Shown: positions 48,385-60,239 of the stretch, one piece after another | Layout of the letters: each line of letters begins with the position of its first letter | Position numbering within the stretch: position 1 is the first letter of the stretch | Source of the DNA: a virus | DNA length: 64,000 nucleotides | Reading direction: 5' to 3' (one strand) | Virus record (IMG/VR): IMGVR_UViG_3300046330_000229 | Coordinates: 18,266-82,265 of that record | Notes under the pieces: generated by a model | What the model was told of the DNA's origin: nothing | What the model saw: the letters and a program-made list of their open reading frames with translations, nothing else | Database searches by the model: none | Position numbers and translations under genes: made by a program

Positions 48385-50658
48385 ATGATAAAATTACACG
48401 AAAAAAAAGAATACTACTTACTACAGTCTTTAGACGATATTCAGTTTGCTGTAACAGAAATAAATAACACGGAACTTATTGCTTTTGATACGGAAACAGA
48501 TGGATTAAATGTAAGAAAAAACAAAGTGATAGGATTTTCTTTTTCTACTCAAGTTGGCAATGGTTATTATATTCCATTGTGGGAATTTGATGGCGAACAG
48601 CTCATTGCTCTGGATAATAGGTATGAGAAAATATCCGTACTTAAGTTACTATCTACTAAAAAATTAATTATGCACAACGGAGCTTTCGATACTAAGATTG
48701 TGTATAACAATTTGGAAGTAGATACTCTAGGATCTTTATTTGCAGATACTCAGCTTATGAGACACACTTTACAAGAGGACGGACCTTTCGCATTAAAAGA
48801 TATTGCAGTAGAACTACAGTCTTTTATAGGAATAGATAGCGACGAAGTGGCAAATCAAGAACAAATTGAATTAGAACAGAACGTAAAATCCAAGGGAGGA
48901 TCTTGGACTAAAGCAAACAAAGAAATGTACAAAGCTGATCTGCCTATACTGGCTAAATATGCGTGTGCTGACACAGATTTAACACTAAGATTATTTCACT
49001 ATTTTGAAAAAAAGCTTATTCAAGAGTCTCTACACGACTTCTTTTACAAAGATGAAGTTATGCCGCTGTATACACTTGTAACAATTCCTATGGAGTTTGA
49101 AGGGGTACATTTAGATTTACAAACGCTTCAAAAGTTAGACGTAGAAATTGGTTTAGAAATTGACAAAACTAAGCAGTACGTTGTTGACGAGATATTTAAA
49201 AGTCAATATGGAAAAGAGCTTACGGAATTGTTACTAGAAGACTATCCCGTATCCAACAAAGGCTCTTTTGCCCAAGCCTTGTGCGCCGAAGCTAATTTAA
49301 ACCTACCCTTAAATAACAAAGGAAAATACTCTATTACAAAAAAGTCATTAGAGTGTTTGGGACCTGACGGCACAATAACAAAGTTTCTCAAAGGAGAGGA
49401 CACAGAGCTGGCTGAAGAATTAGTTAAAAAAGTTAAAATGAGAATGTTAAAAGAAGACGAACCTTCTCTGATAAACATTAGCTCTAAACAACAGCTAGGT
49501 AAGCTAGCATTTCAAGTTATGGGACTAGAGCCTTTAAGTAAAACTGAAAAAGGCGCTCCTCAATTCAATGAAGCTTTTCTAGAGACTATTAAAGAACCTT
49601 GGGCGGCAGAGTTAAGAGTATACAATAAACTTTCTAAAATAAAAGGAAGTTATTACGAGAGATTTTTAGAGCAACAAGAAGATGGCGTATTTTACCCAAC
49701 ATTCAAACAATTTGGAACTACCAGTGGACGTTATGGCAGTGACATGCAGCAATTAAGTCGTCCTGTAGAAGAAGATTCCGATGATGCTAGAGTTGTTAAG
49801 TATATTAATTCTTTGAGAAAGCTGTTTATACCTAAGAGCGGACATGCCTACATAGATGACGATTATGAATCTCTAGAACCAAGAACCTTCGCTGACGACG
49901 CTTCCGATCAAGCTCTAATTGATATTTTTGAATTAGGGGAAGACTTTTACTCTAAAGTGGCTATACAGGCTGAAAATTTAAAAGGCATGTCTGCACATAA
50001 GTCACACGAAAACTTTTTAAAGAACATTAGACCAGATATACGTCAAAAAGCCAAGGCTTACTCTTTAGGAATTAGATACGGAATGAAGGCTGGTAAACTT
50101 TCTATGAGTTTAGGTATTTCGGTAGAAGAGGCACAAGATATAATTGACGGATACTTTAAAGCATTCCCTAACTTAAAAACTAAAATGGATCAATATTTAG
50201 CTGAGGCTAAAAGTAAAGGTAAAGTTACTAGTAAATATGGCAGAGTCAGACATTTACCAAGAGTTAAGGCTATATATGAAAAATACGGCGACGACATTGC
50301 TGACTACAAAAAACTATACCCTCTAGCTAAAAAATTCCACAAGTCTACTGACGATTTAAAAATGTTAAGAAAAGAATATAACAACTCTCTTAACAATGCC
50401 CTGAACTTCCCTATCCAAGCAGCAGCAGCTAGTATTGTAAACAGAGCTATGATTGCCATGACTACTAAATTTAGAGCTATGGGACTAGAGGCATGGGTTA
50501 GTCTTCAGATTCACGATCAAGTAGTTGTAACGTGTTTAGAAGAACAAGCTGAGACAGTTAAGACGGTTGTTCAGGATTGTATGGAGAATACAAACAAACT
50601 AGCCATGAAATTGATAGCAAAGCCTGAAAAAGCTTATAATCTTAATGATGGACACTAA
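48385..50658 (+). CDS. polA: DNA polymerase, family A, with 3'-5' exonuclease
   Basis: AFDTET, HNGAFD, YACAD, TSGRY, DYESLEPR, KAYSLGIRYG, QIHDQ. Confidence 0.95.
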   Translation: MIKLHEKKEYYLLQSLDDIQFAVTEINNTELIAFDTETDGLNVRKNKVIGFSFSTQVGNGYYIPLWEFDGEQLIALDNRYEKISVLKLLSTKKLIMHNGAFDTKIVYNNLEVDTLGSLFADTQLMRHTLQEDGPFALKDIAVELQSFIGIDSDEVANQEQIELEQNVKSKGGSWTKANKEMYKADLPILAKYACADTDLTLRLFHYFEKKLIQESLHDFFYKDEVMPLYTLVTIPMEFEGVHLDLQTLQKLDVEIGLEIDKTKQYVVDEIFKSQYGKELTELLLEDYPVSNKGSFAQALCAEANLNLPLNNKGKYSITKKSLECLGPDGTITKFLKGEDTELAEELVKKVKMRMLKEDEPSLINISSKQQLGKLAFQVMGLEPLSKTEKGAPQFNEAFLETIKEPWAAELRVYNKLSKIKGSYYERFLEQQEDGVFYPTFKQFGTTSGRYGSDMQQLSRPVEEDSDDARVVKYINSLRKLFIPKSGHAYIDDDYESLEPRTFADDASDQALIDIFELGEDFYSKVAIQAENLKGMSAHKSHENFLKNIRPDIRQKAKAYSLGIRYGMKAGKLSMSLGISVEEAQDIIDGYFKAFPNLKTKMDQYLAEAKSKGKVTSKYGRVRHLPRVKAIYEKYGDDIADYKKLYPLAKKFHKSTDDLKMLRKEYNNSLNNALNFPIQAAAASIVNRAMIAMTTKFRAMGLEAWVSLQIHDQVVVTCLEEQAETVKTVVQDCMENTNKLAMKLIAKPEKAYNLNDGH

Positions 50659-50732
50659 ATAAAACAGAGCTAAGTACGATTTAACTTGACACGGCATGAA
50701 TTTTGATGTATATTGGAATGATTGGGAGAACT

Positions 50733-51554
50733 ATGAAAAATAGAACAAAGACACTACCTAAGACAAAACGACCGAAGGTACTTATTTTCGACGTTGAAAC
50801 CGCTCCAATCCTAGCTTGGGTTTGGGGACTCTGGGATCAGAATGTAGCTCTTAATCAGATTCACACAGACTGGCATATTATCTCATGGTCAGCAAAGTGG
50901 TTAGATGATCCTCCTAGTAAAATTATGTATATGGATCAACGTAAAGAAAAGAATGTAGAAAACGATCTAAAGCTATTGAAAGGTATATGGAAATTACTAG
51001 ACGAAGCTGAAGTTGTCATCACGCAAAATGGCATTAAATTCGACTCTAAAAAACTAAATGCTCGCTTTATTCTTGCGGGTCTTGGAAAACCTAGTCCTTA
51101 CAAACACATAGACACTCTTAAGATTGCTAAAAAGAATTTCGCCTTTACTAGTAATAAACTAGAATACATGACAGACAAACTATGCACAACTTATAAGAAA
51201 CTTACTACTGATAGAAAATTCAGCGGCTTTGCTTTATGGAAAGAGTGTATTGTTAATAATAATCTAAAAGCTTGGAAAGAAATGGAACGATACAACAAGT
51301 ATGACGTTCTTTCGCTAGAGGAGCTTTATGGTAAGCTTCAACCGTGGGATACGAGCGTCAACCTTCAAGTGTTTAGTGATGCCAATACACCCACTTGTAA
51401 CTGTGGTAGTGAGCACTTTCAGCGTAGAGGGTATGAAACAACTGCTGCCGGTAAATATCAACGGTATCAATGTACAGGTTGTGGTAAATGGCACAGAGGC
51501 AAGGAAAACTTGCTTTCTGTTGACAAAAAGAAATCAATGGTTGTAGCAATTTAA
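50733..51554 (+). CDS. DEDD/RNase H-like exonuclease with C-terminal zinc ribbon
   Basis: FDVET, QNGIKFD, HIDTL, YNKYDV, CNCGS...CTGCG. Confidence 0.85.
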   Translation: MKNRTKTLPKTKRPKVLIFDVETAPILAWVWGLWDQNVALNQIHTDWHIISWSAKWLDDPPSKIMYMDQRKEKNVENDLKLLKGIWKLLDEAEVVITQNGIKFDSKKLNARFILAGLGKPSPYKHIDTLKIAKKNFAFTSNKLEYMTDKLCTTYKKLTTDRKFSGFALWKECIVNNNLKAWKEMERYNKYDVLSLEELYGKLQPWDTSVNLQVFSDANTPTCNCGSEHFQRRGYETTAAGKYQRYQCTGCGKWHRGKENLLSVDKKKSMVVAI

Positions 51555-51562
51555 GGAAATAC

Positions 51563-52072
51563 ATGCAATACCTGCAAGCTGAATTTAAACGTTTATGTAA
51601 ATATACCGAGGGTCTTGGTATTAAGATGACGTTTATTGAAAAACCTAGATACCCAGCTAATGCAGAATGGGCAGTGGACGGCTCCGAAATAATTATATAC
51701 AATAGATCAAAAAAAGGTCCGCTACAGTTGTGCCTAGATCTAATTCATGAAATTTCACACCACTTACACTGGTCACATAACGGTCGTAAGGGTAATTTAA
51801 AGACTGATAAAATCCTTGCCAAACAAGAGGCTGGTAAAGAGTTAACTAAAAAACAACGTAAGCATATTTATGAGATGGAAAAAATAGAAAGTCAATATCA
51901 AACTATTATCCACAAAGAAATAGGCAGTAAGATACCGTTGTCAAGACTTCTTGTTGAAATAGACTATGATATTTGGATTTATAAATACTGGTATATAAAC
52001 GGCGTGTGGCCTAAACGTCCAGAAATGCGTGCCGAATTTAAAAGCTTAAGAGTTAAACATGGACTTAAGTAA
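51563..52072 (+). CDS. HExxH metallopeptidase-like protein
   Basis: LIHEISHH followed by a downstream Glu helix. Confidence 0.55.
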   Translation: MQYLQAEFKRLCKYTEGLGIKMTFIEKPRYPANAEWAVDGSEIIIYNRSKKGPLQLCLDLIHEISHHLHWSHNGRKGNLKTDKILAKQEAGKELTKKQRKHIYEMEKIESQYQTIIHKEIGSKIPLSRLLVEIDYDIWIYKYWYINGVWPKRPEMRAEFKSLRVKHGLK

Positions 52073-52310
52073 ACATTTAATTTTAAACAAAGCAGATAAT
52101 ATGCTTCCAGGTGGATCGCAGTATAACCCTGAATTTATTAATATAATGTTCGAAACTATGATCAAATATCAAAGTCTATACCCTGACTGGTTGAAAAATA
52201 AAATCATAAATCGAAAATATGACTTGACTTTTATCTCAGAAGTGTGTAAAATAAGAGAACACAACGCAGACAGTTACTTAACGTACTTATACATAGTTTA
52301 CGGGATTTAA

Positions 52311-53177
52311 ATGAAATTAAATATAGCTTTTGACGAATTAGGCCTTCCTGTGGATACTACAGGGAATAACACACAAAGCTGTGCTGATGTAGGCAAGTAC
52401 TTCACGCTTTTAAATATTAATAAAAAGATATTAGATCAACAGGTAGCTAAAACTAATCCTCCTCGTCCTAAAGGTGAAGTAGAGTCTTTTGAAGAGTACG
52501 ACGATTATATTAATACTCGTAATTCTTCTTATAACGAAATGCTTACAAATAGAGGACTAGGGGCCGTAGTAGACAGCGACTTATCATTTATTGACAAGCT
52601 TAGTACACTAAAGACTGTCAAAGGTAAGTTACTTAGTCACCCCTCAATCGGCGCAGAAGCTTCTGAGGAACAAGTACGTTCGGTATTAACCGGCATAGTT
52701 CTTTATGATTTTACAGAAGAGTTAGCGAATCAAAAAACTCACCTGTTAAATAAGTATAAATTTTCTATCCCAACTAGGAATTTATTAGAAGGTCGTAAGA
52801 ACAAAATATACAGATTACTCGACGACGCTATGACACTAGTTCAGACTGTAAAATTTACAATCACAAGCTACATTTATGGCACAGTGACAGATGACACAAC
52901 TTTGCTGATGAAATTGGTAGCAGCAAAAGTAGTACATCCCACTGCTCTGTCTAGAGCAGCAACAAAGTTTATGTTTAAATTTAGAAGTCGCAGCACTGGA
53001 GATACCTACCGAGTGGGTATGGACAGGGGTGTTGCTTTTGCGTGGTATAAAGCGCGTAATAGGTGTAACGTTACGTCCGCCGTGTCATGGGAGTATAGAC
53101 CTTCCTGGCTAGGTGGAACCAAGGGCGAGGGCTGGATGGGATTATGGGAACCTGTAATTAATTGGCTAAAGGAGTAA
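52311..53177 (+). CDS. hypothetical protein
   Basis: 288 aa ORF with no recognised motif. Confidence 0.65.
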   Translation: MKLNIAFDELGLPVDTTGNNTQSCADVGKYFTLLNINKKILDQQVAKTNPPRPKGEVESFEEYDDYINTRNSSYNEMLTNRGLGAVVDSDLSFIDKLSTLKTVKGKLLSHPSIGAEASEEQVRSVLTGIVLYDFTEELANQKTHLLNKYKFSIPTRNLLEGRKNKIYRLLDDAMTLVQTVKFTITSYIYGTVTDDTTLLMKLVAAKVVHPTALSRAATKFMFKFRSRSTGDTYRVGMDRGVAFAWYKARNRCNVTSAVSWEYRPSWLGGTKGEGWMGLWEPVINWLKE

Positions 53178-53470
53178 CTTCTGGCTAAAACTAGGAATAA
53201 AAACCACAGCGAACTTGAATCTTTCCGTGGCTACATTCGTGAATTAGAATCAGAAATTCGCAGCCTCAGAAAACAGATTAAACAATATGAAAAATACGAC
53301 AGATCACAAGATGACGAGCCTAGAAACGACAGCGAAGACACTATAGTTGAGTTAAAAAGAACGTGCTCATGTGAATCATGCGGTAAAGGTAAAATGGTAG
53401 AAACTTTAGACTTAGGCAAACGCGGCGTTTTTGGTGAATGTTCTTTGTGCGGATCAAAAGGTAAAATGAA

Positions 53471-56400
53471 ATGATTTCTGAAATAGTAAGACTGCCATCA
53501 TATTTAATATTAAGAACACTTCGCCGTAAACGTGTTGAAGTTTCTGACGATATATCTAGATTTGATTTAATAGACACGGTGCGCACAATGATACGAGATA
53601 ATAAAATCAAAAAAGAAGACTTTGACAAAGAATTAGAGTTGTACCTAAATGAGAAAAAAGAAGAATAACTCTTGACAATAACTGATAACCGTGTTATCTT
53701 AGTTTAAGAGGTGTTTATGGATATGTTTTTTACTGTAATAGGTGTAGCATTTATACTAAGTGTTGCTTATTTTTTAATTAAAGCTTTATCATACGATTTA
53801 AATAACAATAAAGAAATTATTCTAATGAGTAAAACGTACGGTAATTTGATTATTGTTAAAAAAGAGTCTTATGTTAACTTTCCAAATCACCTAGTCGGTT
53901 TTGAATACATAGGTGAGTTATGATTACAACTTGGCGAAAAGAGTTGACACGAGCTACGGCTTCAAATAATGAATGTTTACAGGATTTAGTTATAGCTATA
54001 GATGAATTAGATCTAGATAAAGAGTTTGACTCTGATTACGGAACAGAAGAAGGCGTACCTTTTACAGCGTGGTCTGGTAAATTTGTGTACTTTCCCGTGT
54101 GTTACGACGGCAGAGAGTGGGTAGGCTCTGTTCCAAGAAATCCAAATGACGTACGAACTGATCACCAAGGTGGAGGATAGTATGAATATTTATGAAAGAT
54201 TAGCTCTTGCGTTAGTTGTCACACCTGTAGCCGTTACGTTGGCCGTTGTTTTATTTATCGTAGCATCCGATGCTATTAAGAAACGTGACTTTAGATTACT
54301 AATAAAAATTTATATCCTTATTGTCTTGTCTCTATTTTTTATAGGACGAGCAAACGCATCTAACTCACAAGCATATTTACACATCCAAGGGGTCGTAAGA
54401 CCCGTTGTAACATTTACTGTTACAAAAGAGTCTTCTAAAGTATACAATATATCAGTGTTATCAAATAATCCAAACGGATTTACGGCAATAGTTACGACAG
54501 ACACAGAGCAGCGTGTGCTTGCTGTTGCTTCCCAAACTGAGACAAAGACTTATAATTACACTTTAAGCTTTACAAATGCACCAGCTTATGTTAACGTAAG
54601 TGTACAGGGAGATTAAATGTTACTAAACATAACAATAACAGCTTTTTCAATATGCTTAGCGAGTATTTTTTACCGCCGTCTAGTGTTCAAAGTATGGGAT
54701 AATGAGGCGATTCTAATTCTCGTTTTGAGCCTCGTACCAATATTAAATATACTAGTAGCCCTAGCCGCGCTTACCATCTCAGCGAGTGATGTAGTAGCTA
54801 CGCCTACAGCCTTAAAAATGAACAAGAAGCAATTAAACAACTTTCATAAACGTAGAACTACTGGCGGCTCAGACTACGGTTCGAGTGTTTAAAATAAAGA
54901 GCGAAAAACTAATCAGCGCCGTAGCCTCAGAAGCTCCACAATCGTTATAAGCTCGGCGCCTAATTTGCATTTAAACTTAGCAGGAGACCCGATAATATGC
55001 CTCATAAATTATACCAGTGTTGCGATAGTAATAGATGTACTTGCGGAGACTATTCTAAACTTTATGAACCAGACACAGTAGCAGGGGCCTCAATAAACAT
55101 GGGCAAAATTAATATATTTAAACCAGAAGATTTTTTAGGAACCTGCGGGGCAAGGGCTTCATTATCTCGAGAGTTATGTGCACAAGTTGCAAACACCAAA
55201 CTACAAGCGCTTATAGAAGCTGCGACTACAGTCTACGGTTACGGAGAGACGCCAATGGCCTCAAGTTTATGGAACATGAATGGACCCGAGACAGAACGCA
55301 GTGCCCATACGCACCAAGCCCGCCTCATGTTCATCGAAAAGCTGCCAGTGAAAGAATGTGTACACGAAGGATTTTCTGTAGAAACGCCAACATTATTAGT
55401 CGATTGGAGTTCAACAGGCCAAATCATTCCTTCAAGAACAGTTATGAAAACAAATTTTAGATGTAAACATTGCGGCGTCGAGCTTAAAGCAAAATGGGAG
55501 GCTGTAAAATGATTGATAAGATTAAGAATCGCTTGGATAAGTATAATAAAATGCCTTACGAGTATATCCCTAGACAAGACCTGTTAAAAATCATCGAATT
55601 ACAGGCAGAGGCTTTAGATGCGATTACAAAAGTTGATTATGACCAAGATGATATTTTTCGCATGATAGCTATATCTAGAGAAGCTTTAGAAAAAACAGCA
55701 AAATTGTTGGGGGTTGAATGAGCCAATGGTATAGAGACCGACCTGCACCACTTTCTAATAAGTTAGTTATCGGAAACCCACCTTGCTATGAGCATGAAGG
55801 CAACTGGTACGACAACGAAACGCACAAGAAATTAGAAGTTACAAATTTTTTCGACATCATGGAAGAGCTAGAAAAAGAAAACGAACTTAAAAGACAAGCC
55901 GCTAACCCACCAGCCACGGCGCAAGGAGAATAGAAGAATGAAAAAGCACACAGTAGTTTGTTCACTATGTAACAAAGAATCAAGTATGTCTTATAATGGC
56001 GAGCACTTTTTATGTCCTGAAGGTTGGTATGAATTATACGACGACCATAAATCTATAATGAGCGACATTCATATTTGCGACAAATGCTTTGTATCACTTA
56101 AAACCCAGCCTAAAGAGGAGTAATAGAAATGAATTTATTAGAAGAAACTATTGAAGACATTAAATCATCTGGTCACACCGAAAAAGACATTATTTTTATT
56201 GGCTCTGAACAATCAGGCCATTCTTGCTCATGGGAAGAGTTCAAAACATTAGCTGATATAGAATATGACTGCGGATTTGGTGCGCAAGAAATAGCAACTG
56301 ACTTAATTATTGCATTTGAAGATGGCTCTAAAATGTGGAGACACGAGTATGACGGTTCAGAACGGTGGGAATACTCAAAACCATTTAAGATGCCTAAAGA

Positions 56401-57838
56401 ATTAAAACCAATCGCAAGACTAACATTTGATGGATGTATGTGGGAAACGCTCGAAGACATTCAATCAGCTAAACAAGGACTCTAAAATGAATACCGCAAC
56501 ACGAAATAAGAGAGATGAGTTGGCAGAGGAATATAAAAAGATGTTAGTACCGCAAGACGGTTACATGACTCAAAGATGCTTTAATGCTGGCTTCGACGCC
56601 GGTTATGCCATAGCCCGAAAAGAAGCTGAGGTTTTGGTTGAGGCTTTGAATGAGTTGAAAGACGATGTAAATTTAATTCATCAATTTGCTCTCAAGGCTT
56701 ATGAACAGGGGCAAGCAGAATGAGTGAAGTAATAAAGCTAGACGACGGACACGCATCTTTGCAGTTCGATTACGACCCAGAGAATTTAGGCAAAGGTGTT
56801 TTTATCCTAACCATGGCTGACGGAGGTGGTTTCACCTCTCTTTATGTAACGCCTACAGATTGGCGTGAGTTTAAAAAAAATGTAGATGAATTTTTAGCAA
56901 ACAACGAGGACTTAAAATGAAAACTAACTCTAAAATTCGTTGGATATATCAGGAGCAATGCAACGTCATGGCTATAGCTGATTGCACAGGCGGAGGACTG
57001 CCGTTAATCACAATCTGCGACGACTTCGGTTATCCAGGAATTAATCCGTATTATAGCTATCCGTTTGAATATTTGATTAAATGGTATGGCTTTACTGATT
57101 TAGGAGAGTTTTAAAATGACTCATATCATAGGTAAGGTCTACGACGTAACACAAAAGAATATGAATAAGTTAATTGCTGAGCTGGAACTAACACAAGCTA
57201 GATTAAAAATAGCTACGGAAGCTTTGGATTCAATCGCAGCTATACATTTAGTTGGTAAACCGATATGCGAACCTGACGAAGCTATACACGTCTTACACGC
57301 AGACACACAAGTAGCTAGAGCAGCGCTGAATAATATGGAAAGAGTGGTAAAAAACAATGAACAAACCTAAAGAATACTATTTAGTAACGTGGGACGATTC
57401 TTACACAGGTTTAACTGAAAGAGTAAACGACGACGACCTACACGTTATCGAGTATTCAGAAGTTCAGCGATTAAAAGATGTTATTTCGGACTTAGTTACC
57501 GTATGCGAGAGACAAATGAGAAGTGACGATGCTTGTGGTCACCCATTTAATGAAGATATGGACGATGTTCTGAACCTAGTCAAGAAAGAATTAGAGTAAT
57601 GGACGTATTAATTTATTTTACAGCATATTATTGGGATAACTATCAAGGCGGCAGCGGTAAATATATTGAGCACAAAATAAGACACACTCTAACTAAATAT
57701 GAAGATACTGAGGCGTTTCCAACTATCTTCAACGATAGCGTACGAGAATATTTAAAGCGCACAAGACCTTTCGATCAATCTGTATATTTAAAACAACAAG
57801 GCGAGTATGTAATTACGAAAGTTGAGTTTATATGGTAA
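53471..57838 (+). other. cluster of about 16 small accessory genes
   Basis: Overlapping starts and stops; promoter TTGACA(53672)-17-TATCTT; 53920 and 56129 share D.E[FY]D..[YF]G and YDG.E motifs. Confidence 0.6.
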
Positions 57839-57997
57839 GAACCGCACAATGGATTTTTCTATTAATTAATACATTCTTTGCTTTCTACTTGGTTAATATA
57901 CATTTAGGTACAGCACTGGTTAACCTTGGTGCAGCCGTGTTTATAGCTTTGGCTATATATTTAGACATAGGAGCCACCAAAGAATAACATATATGGT

Positions 57998-58438
57998 ATG
58001 AGCACAAGAAAGCCTATATCAAAGAAACAGTTTATTATACAAACATTGAGACGAGCTTCGTACAGATGGTATGCTAGAACTCAAGCTATATCGCACGCCA
58101 GAGTGTCTAGAGGGCTATATAAATGTGCTATGTGTGAAAAGCTTATAGGCACCAAGGATAAAAAAATGGATCACGTAGATCCAGTTGTAGACCCAATTAA
58201 AGGGTACACAACGCTCGACGAGTATGCTGAAAGAATGTTACCTGATCACCATTCAGGCTACCAATGTTTGTGTTTAGATTGCCATTCTGAAAAAACCAAA
58301 GGTGAGAACGAGATAAGAAAACAGAATCGTGTTAAAAAAGTATCCGCTTCAAAGCCTAAGTCTAAAAAGAAAATAAAAGACCAAGTAGTTGATTTACTTG
58401 AGGAATTTGATATTGGCATGGATATAGCAAAGAAATAG
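57998..58438 (+). CDS. HNH endonuclease with zinc finger
   Basis: LRRASYRW, CAMC, MDHVDPVV, QCLCLDCHSEKT. Confidence 0.85.
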   Translation: MSTRKPISKKQFIIQTLRRASYRWYARTQAISHARVSRGLYKCAMCEKLIGTKDKKMDHVDPVVDPIKGYTTLDEYAERMLPDHHSGYQCLCLDCHSEKTKGENEIRKQNRVKKVSASKPKSKKKIKDQVVDLLEEFDIGMDIAKK

Positions 58439-58475
58439 CTTGACAACCATCTCCTTTTGTGGCATACTGTGTGCA
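58382..58475 (+). promoter_or_regulatory. IHF site, two sigma54-like sites and a sigma70 promoter
   Basis: AATCAACTACTTG(-) 58382-94; TGGCATGGATATAGCA 58414-29; TTGACA 58440-45 with CATACT; TGGCATACTGTGTGCA 58460-75. Confidence 0.6.
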
Positions 58476-58896
58476 AGAGGTAAATAATGCTTAGTGTTGA
58501 TAAACTAGATTCTATGTACGCTGACTTTTTGAGTAAATGGGTTAACCCTATCGAAGTATCTGTTGCTGTTACTACCGCGCAAGTTGATGAAGGTGCGTTC
58601 GCTTTAAACTCCGAAGGATTTACCACAGAGGTTAGTGGTGAGGTTGATGAAACAAAAGATACAGTGGTAGTTAGAGCTTATATTCCATATACTATGGTGG
58701 ATAAGTTTGATGATTACGATATCGGTATTAAATATTTAGCCGTAATTCAAAATGAAATGCTAAAAAAAATGAAGTCTTTGAAAAAAGACATTAGTAAAGT
58801 GTCTTTCCGTCGAGCTGGCATGCCTCAAAAAATGTTTATAGACTGCTCAGACAGGCCTGCTGTCGAAATTAGATGTTTTTTAATGGGACAGAGATA

Positions 58897-59280
58897 ATGA
58901 ATAAAACTACCAAAATACTAATTGCTATAGTCGCTCTAGCTGTTTCCTACGGAACAGGTCGTTATTTATCTCCTTCTAAAGTTGAGACAAAAGAAACTGT
59001 TAAAACTGAGACAGAATACATCACTCGTATCATCAAACAAAAAGATGGTACAATCATTAAAGAGAAAATTAAAAAAGACACAAAAGATACTACAAAAGAA
59101 TCTAAAACCGAATCAATCAAACCACAATACAAAGTGTCAGTGTTCCCGCAGTATAATCTTGAAACATCAAAAACGAAGTATGGTGGATCTGTTGAGAAAC
59201 GAGTACTAGGAAACGTGTTTATCGGTGTATATGGTGACACAGATAAAAACATCGGCGTGGCTGTAACATTGGAATTATAA
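58897..59280 (+). CDS. membrane-anchored protein, possible spanin-like
   Basis: N-terminal TM, Lys/Glu/Thr-rich stalk, C-terminal amphipathic beta-strands. Confidence 0.45.
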   Translation: MNKTTKILIAIVALAVSYGTGRYLSPSKVETKETVKTETEYITRIIKQKDGTIIKEKIKKDTKDTTKESKTESIKPQYKVSVFPQYNLETSKTKYGGSVEKRVLGNVFIGVYGDTDKNIGVAVTLEL

Positions 59281-60238
59281 TGGATGATATTGCGAAGCTA
59301 TTAGAAGCTGCTTCAACCAAAACAGACGATAGTATATTTAATTTAGGAGACAGCGAGTTAGACGTATTTCTGAAAGAGAACCTTTACTCCGAGGATGATC
59401 TTTCTAAACGCGTCTTTCTCGTTGACTTGTTTGAAATGTACGCACACTGGTATCACGCTAAACACAACAACCTACCTAGCATTAAAACTTACACTAGAAA
59501 TAGTGGAATAATTAAAAAACACACTGTGAAGGGTTTCAAGAAAGAAACTCAACAACTGATTAACGCTTTAAAATGTTCAGCAATATTTAAGATTAATTAC
59601 TTAAAATTCAAGGAAGAAAATCCAGCATGGTCAATCAAACTAAAAAGAATACAGTCAGCAAAAAAGGCCCACCTAACAAAAAAGGGAAAAAAGCTGGAAC
59701 TGACACCAAGAGAAAAAGAACATTTAGAGATGTTAGCCAGTTCGCAGGTCTTAATAAAAGACTCTTCTCAAGAGTAAAACAAGAGTATCACGACTGCGAC
59801 TACGCTGATCAACTAGACGATAAAACTAAAACATGGCTTAATTCTTTTATGGAAGAGACATTAGGGGCTAGATTTAATCATGCTGGTAAAAAACTAATAA
59901 AGAGTGTAGCTAAGAAGAAAGAAATATACACTGAAAATAATGCCCGCCAAAGGGATATATATGGTCAGAGCAAAGCGTCTGGACGTAATGTTGATATTGA
60001 CCCTGATTTTATTATAGAGACCATGCAGTCATCTATATACACAGACGATCACGAGGAACAGCTACTACAGCGCAGAGATGATGAAAATGAACTACTTACG
60101 GTATCGGAGTATTTAGCTTTGAAAAGAAATGGAGCTATCATACCAACGGAAGTAAAGAATTTTTATGACGAGTTGTTTAAAAATGATCCAAAGTTTCTTA
60201 AGCTAAAAAATCACACCAAGAAAACTACTAAAAAATAA
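59280..60238 (+). other. two hypothetical genes ending the plus-strand block
   Basis: ORFs 59280-59777 and 59627-60238 (basic N-terminus, QEYHDCDYADQL..WLNSFMEE). Confidence 0.6.
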
Positions 60239-60239
60239 A

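Noticed and set aside
54916-54959. GCGCCG/CGGCGC hairpin as a tRNA remnant
   Set aside because: No cloverleaf or T-loop; a single stem is insufficient evidence.
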